Source: a virus
Taxonomy: Duplodnaviria; Caudoviricetes
Virus record (IMG/VR): IMGVR_UViG_3300028844_001594
Location: 1 to 34,546 of that record
Length of the DNA stretch: 34,546 bases
Reading direction: 5' to 3' (one strand)
The translations under genes were made by a program, and so were the position numbers. Positions 14,399 to 23,342 of this stretch are shown piece by piece. Every line of letters begins with the position of its first letter. Position 1 is the first letter of the stretch. The notes below the pieces were generated by a model. That model was not told where the DNA came from, made no database searches, and was given only the letters and a program-made list of their open reading frames with translations.

Positions 14399-16390
14399 AT
14401 GAAAATAACACACGAAAGATTAAATATTGATTCAACAATATTATGTCCGATATCTGTTACAAAAAAAAGTGCAACAACAATGCTTAACAGATTCTTTAAT
14501 TTAAATGAAGACGAATCTTTTTGGGAAACATTTCTAAATGATTATGAGTTGTTTTATGATTATGACCATAAAAGTTTCTTTTATATCGTAAGAAATGCAA
14601 GACTAAGGTTGCGTAAATATTTTTATATGCCACCTATATATGTAAAGCTTAATTTACTACAAAAAGAACAATTTGGAAGCTTAGAGCCTCAACATATTAG
14701 ATATCTTCAAAAGCTTGATTATTATAGCAATACAATAAATGAAGATGATTCAAAATCTTATGAATTTGATAATGAATTTTCATTTATGTCAGCTTATCAT
14801 CCTCATGTAGATAGCAATGCTTGCGCATGTTATGGTAGATGGGCTACTCAAATACAAGAAGTATATAACGAAGGTTTGGTTTATCCATTTATGGAAACTA
14901 TTAGAGCTTATTTAAATGACTATAATGGTAGAAGTACATTTTACAGTATAGACCCTTATGCTTTTGATGATAAACATACTTTTCAAATGCTAAATTTTGG
15001 TACCTATAAAGAAGATTGGCAATCTATAAACACTAATATGGAATTTATTTATGGCACTCAATGGTTAATGGATTTTTGTGAATATAAAAATCTTAACTAT
15101 GATATGTATTATAAAATATTTCTCTATTATCAAAATAATGATGTAAGAATGTTTGATAATGCTGACCAATTAAATAGCATATTGTTTAATGATGTATTAA
15201 GTCAATACTTAACTGATTACAGTGAATATATTCATTACAAATACGACATGACAGAAGAAGAATGGACTGTTTACAGAGAGTTTAAAGAATGGCTTAAGCC
15301 TTATACTCAAGAAGGAATAAACAAGTGGTTAACTGAATTTATTCTTAATCATTATGAATCTCCTATTAAAAATGGAGATATTAAGGTAATACAGTATGCA
15401 ATAGGAACTAGTATATACAAATTAAACAACATGGAGCATCTTTGGGATAAATTAAAACCCATATTAGAAAGATATTCTGCTATAAGTGTTATTAATAGCT
15501 TGAGCAATGTTTTACTTAATGATGATACTAGAGGATATGGAAGACGAAGAGAAGCCAATCTGTTTTTATTATTATCTACCAACATTAAACCCAGTCAAAT
15601 CTATGAATCATATATTAAATGGGCTGAATATAAGATTGGTAATGATAATACATCGTTTTTGATGGAGAATTACATCAATATATCTAATACATCTAGAATG
15701 CAAAGTCAAGGTTCTTTTGTAAATACCGATATGGAATTAAAGACTATAAATTATGATATTGATTGGGAAGGTATACAGATAGAAGGTTTTAGGCACACAT
15801 GGATTAATAACTCTAAAGAGCATTGGAAACAGATATTAGGATTAAAATTAGTTAGAGAGCTAAATCGTTATTGTAATAATATAGTTGAAGACAATGATAT
15901 AACCATTAGCAATAGTGATAAAAAATATCTTTTAGAAATAATGCTTAATAGAGAAGAAGTGGTTGAAACAACAAGTGTTAAAAAACCTAAAACAGAAGAT
16001 ATAATTAGACTTGGACTTGTATCAATGCTTAAATACCATAATCTAGGCTTAACAGCTGATGTTTACCATGAGTTAGTTGATTTCTTATCAAAACAAAACA
16101 CTGAATATAGTACAAATGAGTTAGTAACATTAATGTCAGGAATTGTAAATAATGACCAAAATAATCTAGAACAAAAAAGAGAAAATATGATAGATATGAT
16201 ATACATAGCAATACCAGATTTTCCAAAAAAGCTAGATGATTTTCACGATTATACAATGAAATCTTGGGCAATAATACTAAAAAATGCATTTGCACACTAT
16301 AAAACAAATATAACAAATAAAATAAAGGAGTTAAACAATGTACTTAACAATACCTCTAGAGATATATCTCAAACTGAACTATTTTCTTAA
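14399..16390 (+). CDS. large protein with an N-terminal E2/UBC-like conjugating domain
   Basis: H134-P-H-V-D-S-N-A-C-A-C144-Y-G has the same spacing as the E2 motif HPNxxxxGxICL (Cys 10 residues after the His). The ~500 aa C-terminal region is unassigned. AAGGAG SD. Confidence 0.65.
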   Translation: MKITHERLNIDSTILCPISVTKKSATTMLNRFFNLNEDESFWETFLNDYELFYDYDHKSFFYIVRNARLRLRKYFYMPPIYVKLNLLQKEQFGSLEPQHIRYLQKLDYYSNTINEDDSKSYEFDNEFSFMSAYHPHVDSNACACYGRWATQIQEVYNEGLVYPFMETIRAYLNDYNGRSTFYSIDPYAFDDKHTFQMLNFGTYKEDWQSINTNMEFIYGTQWLMDFCEYKNLNYDMYYKIFLYYQNNDVRMFDNADQLNSILFNDVLSQYLTDYSEYIHYKYDMTEEEWTVYREFKEWLKPYTQEGINKWLTEFILNHYESPIKNGDIKVIQYAIGTSIYKLNNMEHLWDKLKPILERYSAISVINSLSNVLLNDDTRGYGRRREANLFLLLSTNIKPSQIYESYIKWAEYKIGNDNTSFLMENYINISNTSRMQSQGSFVNTDMELKTINYDIDWEGIQIEGFRHTWINNSKEHWKQILGLKLVRELNRYCNNIVEDNDITISNSDKKYLLEIMLNREEVVETTSVKKPKTEDIIRLGLVSMLKYHNLGLTADVYHELVDFLSKQNTEYSTNELVTLMSGIVNNDQNNLEQKRENMIDMIYIAIPDFPKKLDDFHDYTMKSWAIILKNAFAHYKTNITNKIKELNNVLNNTSRDISQTELFS

Positions 16391-17240
16391 ACAATTTCCA
16401 ACAACAGAATGGTCAGGGCCAGCATGGTATAAGCCTCATTATAGAAAAGGAGAGAAATTTCCTAAAGGCTTTACCCTTGTTCACTTTCACCCTGTTGATT
16501 TAGGACATGGTACAGCAACAACAATAGAAGCTGAAGATACTGCAAAAATACTTCAGAAAACTTGGAAAGATTATCCAGAAACAGAAAAATGTATGATGGG
16601 AATTATACATTCTCACCATAATATGGGTGCGTTCTTTAGTGGAACGGATAAAAACTGTTTAAAAGATAATGCTCCAATACAAAACTTTTATTGTTCAACA
16701 GTTGTAGCAAGTAAAAAAGAAAAGTTCGCATTTGCTATTAGCTATCAAGACCAATACGGTAAAACGCATTTAATAGAATCTAAATCAGAAGATATTAACA
16801 TGCAAATGCCTAATAAAAGCAAAGAACAAGATAAATGGGCTAGAATAGCTAAGAAAATAAAAGATGATAAAAAAGCAACTACTGTTACCAACTGGTATGA
16901 CAAAGGAGGCAGTCTTAATCAAGGCAATCTCTTTCCCATACAAAATAGACCCAGTCAATTCGGTAGTTACTATACTAATAATTTTAGTATTAATGCTTAT
17001 GATGAATACGATACTGTTATAACTGGTCAAGAAAAAATCATAGATAAACACAGAAAAGATTCTATGACAGCTGATGACCCTGATTCTGCTTATATATCAA
17101 GTTTATATAAAAGTATGAATGCAGGAGAAATAGACCAATTATTAGTAGAAGAAGAACTTGAGCTAATGAATCTAAATCCAGCAATAGTAATAGATGAAAT
17201 AGGTAAGGAGGACAAAGATGAATCAAAAGCATCTGCGTAA
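16338..17240 (+). CDS. JAB/MPN+ (JAMM) metalloprotease, deubiquitinase-like
   Basis: Catalytic Glu in 'TEWSG' and a complete H-x-H-x7-S-x2-D motif, 'HSHHNMGAFFSGTD'. Acidic low-complexity C-terminal tail. Confidence 0.88.
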   Translation: MYLTIPLEIYLKLNYFLKQFPTTEWSGPAWYKPHYRKGEKFPKGFTLVHFHPVDLGHGTATTIEAEDTAKILQKTWKDYPETEKCMMGIIHSHHNMGAFFSGTDKNCLKDNAPIQNFYCSTVVASKKEKFAFAISYQDQYGKTHLIESKSEDINMQMPNKSKEQDKWARIAKKIKDDKKATTVTNWYDKGGSLNQGNLFPIQNRPSQFGSYYTNNFSINAYDEYDTVITGQEKIIDKHRKDSMTADDPDSAYISSLYKSMNAGEIDQLLVEEELELMNLNPAIVIDEIGKEDKDESKASA

Positions 17241-17961
17241 TAAAGACCTTATACCACAAGAAAAGCTCAACGATGTAACAGTCGTTGGGCTAGGTGGTAT
17301 AGGTAGTAGTGTTATTATGTTATTAGCAACTATGGGCTTTAAGTTTATAAGAGGCTATGATAATGATAACATGGAAGAGCATAATTTTGGCACTACATTA
17401 TATCCAGAAATATGGTATAATGAGGTTGATAATTCTAAGGCTTCAATGGCTGAAAAAATTATCAAAAGCTACGGAAGTAGTAATGTTGAAATAGACATGC
17501 AACAAACTTTGTTTACAGGAGAAGGTCAAGTACTTTCTCCTAAGACAATAGTTTGTACAGATAGTATGAGCAGTAGAAAGTTAGTATATAACAAGTGGCT
17601 TGAAAGAGAAGATAGAGAAGTGTTTATAGACCTTAGGATGGATGCACTTTCTATGAGCTGTGTAACAGCAACGCAAGGACTTGATAAATATCAAGATTAC
17701 TGGTTTCCTAATGGAGAGAGTGGGCAAGAAGCTCCCTGTACTATGAAACATACAATATTCTGTGCAAACCTAATTAGTGGTATTGGTGTGAATCAACTGT
17801 TTAATTACTTGACAGGGAGACCTTTTTATGGCTATATTTGGCAAGGTCTTTCGCCTTTAGTAATAAAGACAGAAGACTTCAATAGTGGAGAAGTAAATAA
17901 CACAAACAATATAACTGAGGAGAATGCGTATGCAAATACAAACTCGTACAGTTACAACTAA
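17218..17961 (+). CDS. E1-like ThiF/MoeB-family adenylyltransferase
   Basis: 'VTVVGLGGIGS' nucleotide-binding loop, 'YDNDNMEEHN', 'CTDSMSSR', 'IDLRM', and candidate catalytic Cys174 in 'EAPCT'. Confidence 0.9.
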   Translation: MNQKHLRNKDLIPQEKLNDVTVVGLGGIGSSVIMLLATMGFKFIRGYDNDNMEEHNFGTTLYPEIWYNEVDNSKASMAEKIIKSYGSSNVEIDMQQTLFTGEGQVLSPKTIVCTDSMSSRKLVYNKWLEREDREVFIDLRMDALSMSCVTATQGLDKYQDYWFPNGESGQEAPCTMKHTIFCANLISGIGVNQLFNYLTGRPFYGYIWQGLSPLVIKTEDFNSGEVNNTNNITEENAYANTNSYSYN

Positions 17962-18769
17962 TTGGAACGAACAACCTGCGGGGCTGACTTGGTATTTTAT
18001 AGGTCAGCCCAAAACAGGTAAAACCACAGCGGCCGCTAACTGGTCTGCAAAAGGTGCTAAAGGTGTCTTAATGATAGATACTGACCTTGGTGCAGACTTT
18101 GTTGACGGTGCTAATGTTGTAACAGTTACATCACTTAACCCACCTTTTACAGGAGAAGGGGATGATAGAAAAATGATACCCCCTCTTGAACGAGGATTTT
18201 ACCATAGAGTTGGCCCTAAAAGAGGCGAACCAATGGAGGTTTATTCTTTATTCGAGGTATATACTTGGATAAAAGATAATTGGAAATCTCTAGGCTATGA
18301 AAGCTTGGTAATAGACACAATAGATACTATTAACGAATGGATACAGGAAGCTGTATGCGAAGAGTTAGGTATAAGTGCAATGGGTCAAGGAGAATGGGGA
18401 GCTGATTGGGGTAAAGCAAGGAAGAAAAATGTGGACATAGTTAAGAGATTACAAACTCTAATGAAAGCACATGGCTCTAACTTAATACTCACTTCCCATA
18501 GTAAACAATCCCAAATGAATGATGGCAAAGTGCAATTAAGTCCTGAATTACCAAGAGGTCTTGGATATGCGCTATGTGCTAAAGCCGATGTAATAGGATA
18601 CTCAACCGTAGTTAAAGATGAATTGATACCAAAAGTATCTTTTCAAGCTTATGACGAAAGAACAGTTGGCTCTAGACTTAAGCCATTAAATGGGCTTGTT
18701 CTGCCTTTTACATATACTGATGTAAATAAGGCAATAACCGAATACAAAGAAGATGAAGGAGAAAGCTAA
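17930..18769 (+). CDS. Sak4-like/AAA_24 P-loop ATPase (recombination/annealing protein)
   Basis: Walker A 'GQPKTGKTT', 'IDTDLG', Walker B 'LVIDTID', 'ILTSH', 'ADVIGY'. Start moved to the ATG at 17930, 7 nt after GAGGAG. Confidence 0.82.
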   Translation: MQIQTRTVTTNWNEQPAGLTWYFIGQPKTGKTTAAANWSAKGAKGVLMIDTDLGADFVDGANVVTVTSLNPPFTGEGDDRKMIPPLERGFYHRVGPKRGEPMEVYSLFEVYTWIKDNWKSLGYESLVIDTIDTINEWIQEAVCEELGISAMGQGEWGADWGKARKKNVDIVKRLQTLMKAHGSNLILTSHSKQSQMNDGKVQLSPELPRGLGYALCAKADVIGYSTVVKDELIPKVSFQAYDERTVGSRLKPLNGLVLPFTYTDVNKAITEYKEDEGES

Positions 18770-19380
18770 TGGCGTTATTACAATCAAGTAGTAATACAAA
18801 AATGAATAGTGATTTTACTGGTTATTTTGAAGCTGGTATAGAAAGAGTCGAAGATAAGAGCGGTCAATATGACTGGGCTGATTGTTGGCTTGATGTACAC
18901 TTTAAAATAAAAAATAGTAAATACCCACAAGTTCATTCTATCAAAGGTTCTTATGAAAAGAATCCTGACGGGACAGTAAGTATTAATAGAGTAGTTAGAC
19001 AGTTTAACTACTTAAAAGATGCTATCGGTTTCGAAGGTGGAATCAATACTGAAGGAGACTGGGAAATGGCTAATGGTGAAAAAATAGACAGTATAGAGTC
19101 TACTTTAAACAGCTATATTTCAGAAATGAACGGTAGTGATAATCCTTTGCTAGAACCGCCTCATAACTACCTAATATATGTTTATAGAGAAGCACCAAAA
19201 AAACAAGGTGATAAAACATATAAAAGGGTGTTGGGTAAAATAGTCGATAATGATAATGCAGGTAGAAGTGACTTAGAAAGTTATGTAACCTACATGAAAC
19301 AAAAAGGCTATTTAAAGGAAGCGTCTGAAAACGACATCCCTTCCACACCAACTCAACCTCAAAGCGATATGCCATTTTAA
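18769..19380 (+). CDS. single-stranded DNA-binding protein (probable)
   Basis: Follows the Sak4-like gene. Beta-rich body and a flexible tail ending 'SDMPF', similar to SSB C-termini. Confidence 0.65.
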   Translation: MALLQSSSNTKMNSDFTGYFEAGIERVEDKSGQYDWADCWLDVHFKIKNSKYPQVHSIKGSYEKNPDGTVSINRVVRQFNYLKDAIGFEGGINTEGDWEMANGEKIDSIESTLNSYISEMNGSDNPLLEPPHNYLIYVYREAPKKQGDKTYKRVLGKIVDNDNAGRSDLESYVTYMKQKGYLKEASENDIPSTPTQPQSDMPF

Positions 19381-21179
19381 TGGAGCTTTATGTTGAAGTA
19401 GCTATAGGGAGCCCCCACCAAAGGGGGCTTCTTATGACTTTAGGTAAATATGAAAAAAATATGTCTGAGTTTTTAGAGCGGGGACAATACATACCCATAT
19501 ACAGGTCTCATTATCTATATGATAAAGATGCTTATCTATTTGTACAAGATAACAAATCACTAAAAGACTACACGGGTAAAAGGTATGTTGATAATATACT
19601 TATTGATATTGACCGCAAAGATGATAGTGACGATAGAGTATTAGAAAAAGCTAAGCTTGCTGTAAATGAACTTAATTCAATGGGACTAAAAGATGGTAAT
19701 TATAGTATCTTTTATAGTGGTACAGGTTACCATATATTAGTTTCTGCTGATTGTTTTGACTTTACACCAAGTGAACAGTTACCTTATATAGTAAAACAAA
19801 CAATGACACAGCTATTTACTACAGTTAATATAGACCCTGCTGTGTATATGAGAACTTCTATATATAGAGAACAAGCTACTAAAAATGCTAAATCAAACTT
19901 GTTTAAAACAAAGCTATTAACACAAGGTTTTATGCAATTAACTTTTGATAAAATAAAAAAGCTTGCATCAAAACCTTCAAATATAGACTGGAAAGAAACT
20001 CTTTGGGGTGATGGCAGTTTAGAAGACAAAGTAAAGACTAATGTAGAGACTGTTCGTTCTTTTAAAGCTGTACAAGAACCTACAAAAGTTGCACCTTGTG
20101 TTCAACAAATGTTTGCTGAAGGCCCTAATGAAGGCAATAGAAATAATGTTATATTGCGTATGGCTTCGCATTTTAGACGAAATGGTATACCCTCTGATGC
20201 TACAAAAGCATCCTTACTACACTGGAACAATAATCAACTCCGTGAAGAGATTGTATTAGAAAAAGTAGAAAGTGTATACAATAACGGGTATCAATACGGT
20301 TGTCAAGATGTTGAAATGAAAGCTAGATGTAAAACGCATTGTATACATTATAAAAAGAAAGACTATGACATAGAAGTTAAAGACTTTCAACAACTACAAA
20401 AAAGACTAGAAGAAAGAATGTCAACTGACTTTAGTGGGAAAACAATAAATTTATCAAAGATATTTGGGTTACCAGATGTTGATTGTACAATTTATCCCGG
20501 TGAGTTAGTTACTATATTTGGGCCTACTGGCGCAGGTAAAACTACTGTTGCTCAAAACATTATCTTAGGGTATAATTCTGCTCAAGACAGAATAGACCAA
20601 GATTCACAACTAAATACTTTGTATTTAAGTTTAGAATTGAGTGATTGGTATATGCATAAAAGGCATATTCAAATAGTCGCTGATGTAGATAAACAACAAG
20701 TCGAAGGAGATGTTTCTAAAATAGCAGAAGACCACAAAGACTTACTAGACCATGTTGTTATACAAACTGTTCAACCAACCTTAGATAGTATTCAAACAAA
20801 AATAAGAGAACTAGACCCTCAGGTTGTTGTGATAGATTATATAGACTTAATAGACCCGGGCCCTACAAAGCGTGGAGAGTACGAAGCTATTAGATATATT
20901 AGTCATTCACTTAGTAATATGGCAGTTAATAACGACATTATTATTATACAGCTATCACAAGTAGCTAGAGAATATAGTAAAAATGATGTTCTTGATTTAT
21001 ATGCTGGTAAGGGTAGTGGTGCTATAGAAAATGCATCTCGTAAGGTATTAGGTATTAATGGGCAAGCAAAAGACCCTGTTAAATATCTATCCTTATTTAA
21101 AAACAGTGATGGTGAACTTTTTAGTGATATTCCACTAAGATGGAGACCTTCATTTAGACTAAGGAGAGATTATGAATGA
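19380..21179 (+). CDS. AEP primase(-polymerase) fused to a DnaB-like SF4 helicase
   Basis: AEP motifs 'LIDID', 'YSGTGYH', 'DPAVY'; PriCT-like 'EGNRNN'; helicase motifs 'GPTGAGKT', 'YLSLE', 'VVIDYIDLI', 'QLSQ', 'GSGAIEN'. Confidence 0.88.
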   Translation: MELYVEVAIGSPHQRGLLMTLGKYEKNMSEFLERGQYIPIYRSHYLYDKDAYLFVQDNKSLKDYTGKRYVDNILIDIDRKDDSDDRVLEKAKLAVNELNSMGLKDGNYSIFYSGTGYHILVSADCFDFTPSEQLPYIVKQTMTQLFTTVNIDPAVYMRTSIYREQATKNAKSNLFKTKLLTQGFMQLTFDKIKKLASKPSNIDWKETLWGDGSLEDKVKTNVETVRSFKAVQEPTKVAPCVQQMFAEGPNEGNRNNVILRMASHFRRNGIPSDATKASLLHWNNNQLREEIVLEKVESVYNNGYQYGCQDVEMKARCKTHCIHYKKKDYDIEVKDFQQLQKRLEERMSTDFSGKTINLSKIFGLPDVDCTIYPGELVTIFGPTGAGKTTVAQNIILGYNSAQDRIDQDSQLNTLYLSLELSDWYMHKRHIQIVADVDKQQVEGDVSKIAEDHKDLLDHVVIQTVQPTLDSIQTKIRELDPQVVVIDYIDLIDPGPTKRGEYEAIRYISHSLSNMAVNNDIIIIQLSQVAREYSKNDVLDLYAGKGSGAIENASRKVLGINGQAKDPVKYLSLFKNSDGELFSDIPLRWRPSFRLRRDYE

Positions 21180-21744
21180 TGTAATCTACAAAAAGAAAGA
21201 AACAGCTAAGGAAATAGTTGGAGAGTATATGGATGTTATCATGGAGTTATCAATAGTTGATGCTGATGATAGAGAACAATGCACAAAACTAGAACTAAAG
21301 CGTGATTCTTTACAAACAAAAATGAAAGATAAAGTCAAAGGTATTGACTATTTTTCACAAAACATAACGCAAAGAGACTATTTATTAAGTGCAGAAATAG
21401 AAGCTCATAAAGATGAAATAGAAAGATTAAGGACTAGACAAAAAGCCTTAACAGCTACTAATGATTACTTAAATAAAATACTCTTGCCTATGTTAATTGA
21501 AGAACTTGGTGATAATAATGGTGTATTAGAAACAGATACAGCTAGGTATAAACTATATGAAACATACGGAAGTGTGATAGTTACAGACCAAGATAAAGTT
21601 CCTAATGACTTTATAAAAACCAAGATAACTCAAACAATAGACAAAGCTAAAGCAAGAAAGGTATGTATGCAACTTCATAGAGAAAATACAGAATTACCTG
21701 ACGGCTTAAGTATAACCAAAGTCAAAAGAGTAAAACGGTCTTGA
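21172..21744 (+). CDS. Gp157-like (Siphovirus Gp157/Gam-like) coiled-coil protein
   Basis: Motifs 'KDEIERLRTRQKAL', 'SVIVTDQDKVPNDF', 'IDKAKA', 'LPDG'. Confidence 0.7.
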   Translation: MNDVIYKKKETAKEIVGEYMDVIMELSIVDADDREQCTKLELKRDSLQTKMKDKVKGIDYFSQNITQRDYLLSAEIEAHKDEIERLRTRQKALTATNDYLNKILLPMLIEELGDNNGVLETDTARYKLYETYGSVIVTDQDKVPNDFIKTKITQTIDKAKARKVCMQLHRENTELPDGLSITKVKRVKRS

Positions 21745-21938
21745 TACGAAAGTATTTAATAGACCTTAACTGGACAGAGGCAGGGTTTCTTATAGATTTC
21801 TTATACTTTTTTAGTATAGGAGCTATATTATACAATGCCCCTGCCAGTTATGACTCAAACAAAGAAACAAACTATATATTAGTTCAGTTTAGATTTTGGA
21901 TAATAACAACAAACCTAGAACTAGGAGTTCAAATATGA
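21741..21938 (+). CDS. hypothetical hydrophobic protein
   Basis: TTG start overlaps the previous stop (TTGA), and its stop overlaps the next ATG. Confidence 0.55.
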   Translation: MIRKYLIDLNWTEAGFLIDFLYFFSIGAILYNAPASYDSNKETNYILVQFRFWIITTNLELGVQI

Positions 21939-22132
21939 AATTACTGTATAACCCATTTAAGAAAAAAAATACTAATAATTCTATATGGAATAGACTTAGG
22001 CAATTAAGTTCTTTTACATGGGAAAATAAAGTAAAAATAGATAAATTATCATCTATAATTAATGAAATGCAGTTGATTATAGAAAGTCTTACTAAACCTA
22101 AAAAAAGAGGAAGACCTAAGAAAAATGCATAG
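21935..22132 (+). CDS. small basic protein with a C-terminal AT-hook-like motif
   Basis: Starts at ATG 21935 (AGGAG at 21923-21927) and ends KPKKRGRPKKNA. Confidence 0.65.
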   Translation: MKLLYNPFKKKNTNNSIWNRLRQLSSFTWENKVKIDKLSSIINEMQLIIESLTKPKKRGRPKKNA

Positions 22133-22289
22133 TTTACCCATAGGTGGAGACCAAGTTGATTACAAATGCACAGAGTGCTGGAATGATTCTTTAATTTGGG
22201 AAGAATATGGGAATAGTAAGTCTGATGAATCAGAGCTTGGTACTTTTTGTGAAAAGTGCGAAGATGTTAAATTACCAGACGAACTATAA
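22125..22289 (+). CDS. small zinc-ribbon protein (54 aa)
   Basis: MHSLPIGGDQVDYKCTECWNDSLIWEEYGNSKSDESELGTFCEKCEDVKLPDEL, with two CxxC motifs. Not in the track. Confidence 0.65.
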   Translation: MHSLPIGGDQVDYKCTECWNDSLIWEEYGNSKSDESELGTFCEKCEDVKLPDEL

Positions 22290-22301
22290 ATAACTAAACT
22301 C

Positions 22302-22365
22302 GGGGGCTCCGACTTCTCCACATACCAATGCCTACACGCATAGGAGTCCCCATTATTTTGGAGAA
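22302..22365 (+). promoter_or_regulatory. candidate SD-sequestering pseudoknot leader
   Basis: Stem GGGGGCTCC (22302-22310) / GGAGTCCCC (22343-22351). The loop sequence TTCTCCA (22314-22320) is complementary to TGGAGAA (22359-22365), just upstream of ATG 22369. Confidence 0.45.
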
Positions 22366-22368
22366 AAA

Positions 22369-22908
22369 ATGTCAAACCTTAAAGATTTAAAAGACCTTGA
22401 TAAAACTGCAAGGACATTAATAAAACAATTTGATGGCACTATAGATAGTGATGGTGACTTTGAATTAAGAAATACAAATAGAATAGACATAGCGCAAATA
22501 AAAGCAGAAGAATATCTAGATAAAAAACAAATACCATATAAAAATATAGGATTTGATAGTAAAGAAGATAGAATACCTTCTAATATATGGTTTAATATGC
22601 CAGAGTTTTTAAGATGTATGCCTGATATGTTTGTATTTGTAAATAATACTTTTCATTTTTTAGAAATAAAAGGATGTAGAGATTCAGTTAAGTTTAAAAT
22701 AGATGATTTACATCAATATAATTTATGGAATGGTATAGCTCCTGTATTAATGTTTATATATTCTACTAAATTAGATAAAAATTACTTATTGAATTTAGAC
22801 TTAATATGGGATAACTTACATAATGGTACTTGGGGAAGGTATAATGACAATAATAAGTTATATATAGATATACCCTGTAGTACATTAAATAATTACGAAA
22901 GAGAGTAA
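22369..22908 (+). CDS. PD-(D/E)XK family nuclease
   Basis: 'MPDMFV...FLEIKG' is a PD-x(n)-EIK motif, preceded by the 'AEEYL' helix. Confidence 0.75.
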   Translation: MSNLKDLKDLDKTARTLIKQFDGTIDSDGDFELRNTNRIDIAQIKAEEYLDKKQIPYKNIGFDSKEDRIPSNIWFNMPEFLRCMPDMFVFVNNTFHFLEIKGCRDSVKFKIDDLHQYNLWNGIAPVLMFIYSTKLDKNYLLNLDLIWDNLHNGTWGRYNDNNKLYIDIPCSTLNNYERE

Positions 22909-23342
22909 TGAATAAACAAGACTTTAAAAAAGTACTAGTACCTGTACATGGTACCCATTGGCAAAAGGCTTATAAAAAGCTATTGCGTAAGATAAGTGCA
23001 TTAAAGTCTAGTTTAAAAAGAAGAGCGATAGAATCAGGCACTAAGTTTGATATAGAGCTAATTGAGATAAAACAAATGTTTCTAGATATTTATGGTAATG
23101 ATTGTAAATATTGCCCTAAAAAGCTTAATTATAGAAACATAGCTTGTGACCATATAATACCATTAGTTAAAGGAGGAGATAGTTTAATTAAAAACCTGCA
23201 ACTAATATGTAAAACATGCAACACAAGAAAAGGGCCACTTAATGAAGATGATTTTAGTTTACTAGTTCATTTAGTAATGGAATTACCTGAAGAATTAAGT
23301 AGCTATGTAATGCGTAAACTAGCCAAAGGAGGCAGATACTAA
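22908..23342 (+). CDS. HNH endonuclease
   Basis: 'CKYC...DHIIPLVKGG...NLQLICKTCNTRKG'. Confidence 0.9.
   Translation: MNKQDFKKVLVPVHGTHWQKAYKKLLRKISALKSSLKRRAIESGTKFDIELIEIKQMFLDIYGNDCKYCPKKLNYRNIACDHIIPLVKGGDSLIKNLQLICKTCNTRKGPLNEDDFSLLVHLVMELPEELSSYVMRKLAKGGRY

Noticed and set aside
14101-17961. Ubl/ThiF/JAB as a sulfur-relay (thiamine, MoCo or tRNA thiolation) module
   Set aside because: No desulfurase, rhodanese, ThiG, MoaE or thiouridylase is nearby, and an E2-like HPH-x7-C protein sits inside the cassette. Protein conjugation is the better explanation, though it is not proven.
22908-23342. HNH gene as a mobile intron/intein-associated homing element
   Set aside because: It is free-standing, translationally coupled to both neighbours, and interrupts no gene.
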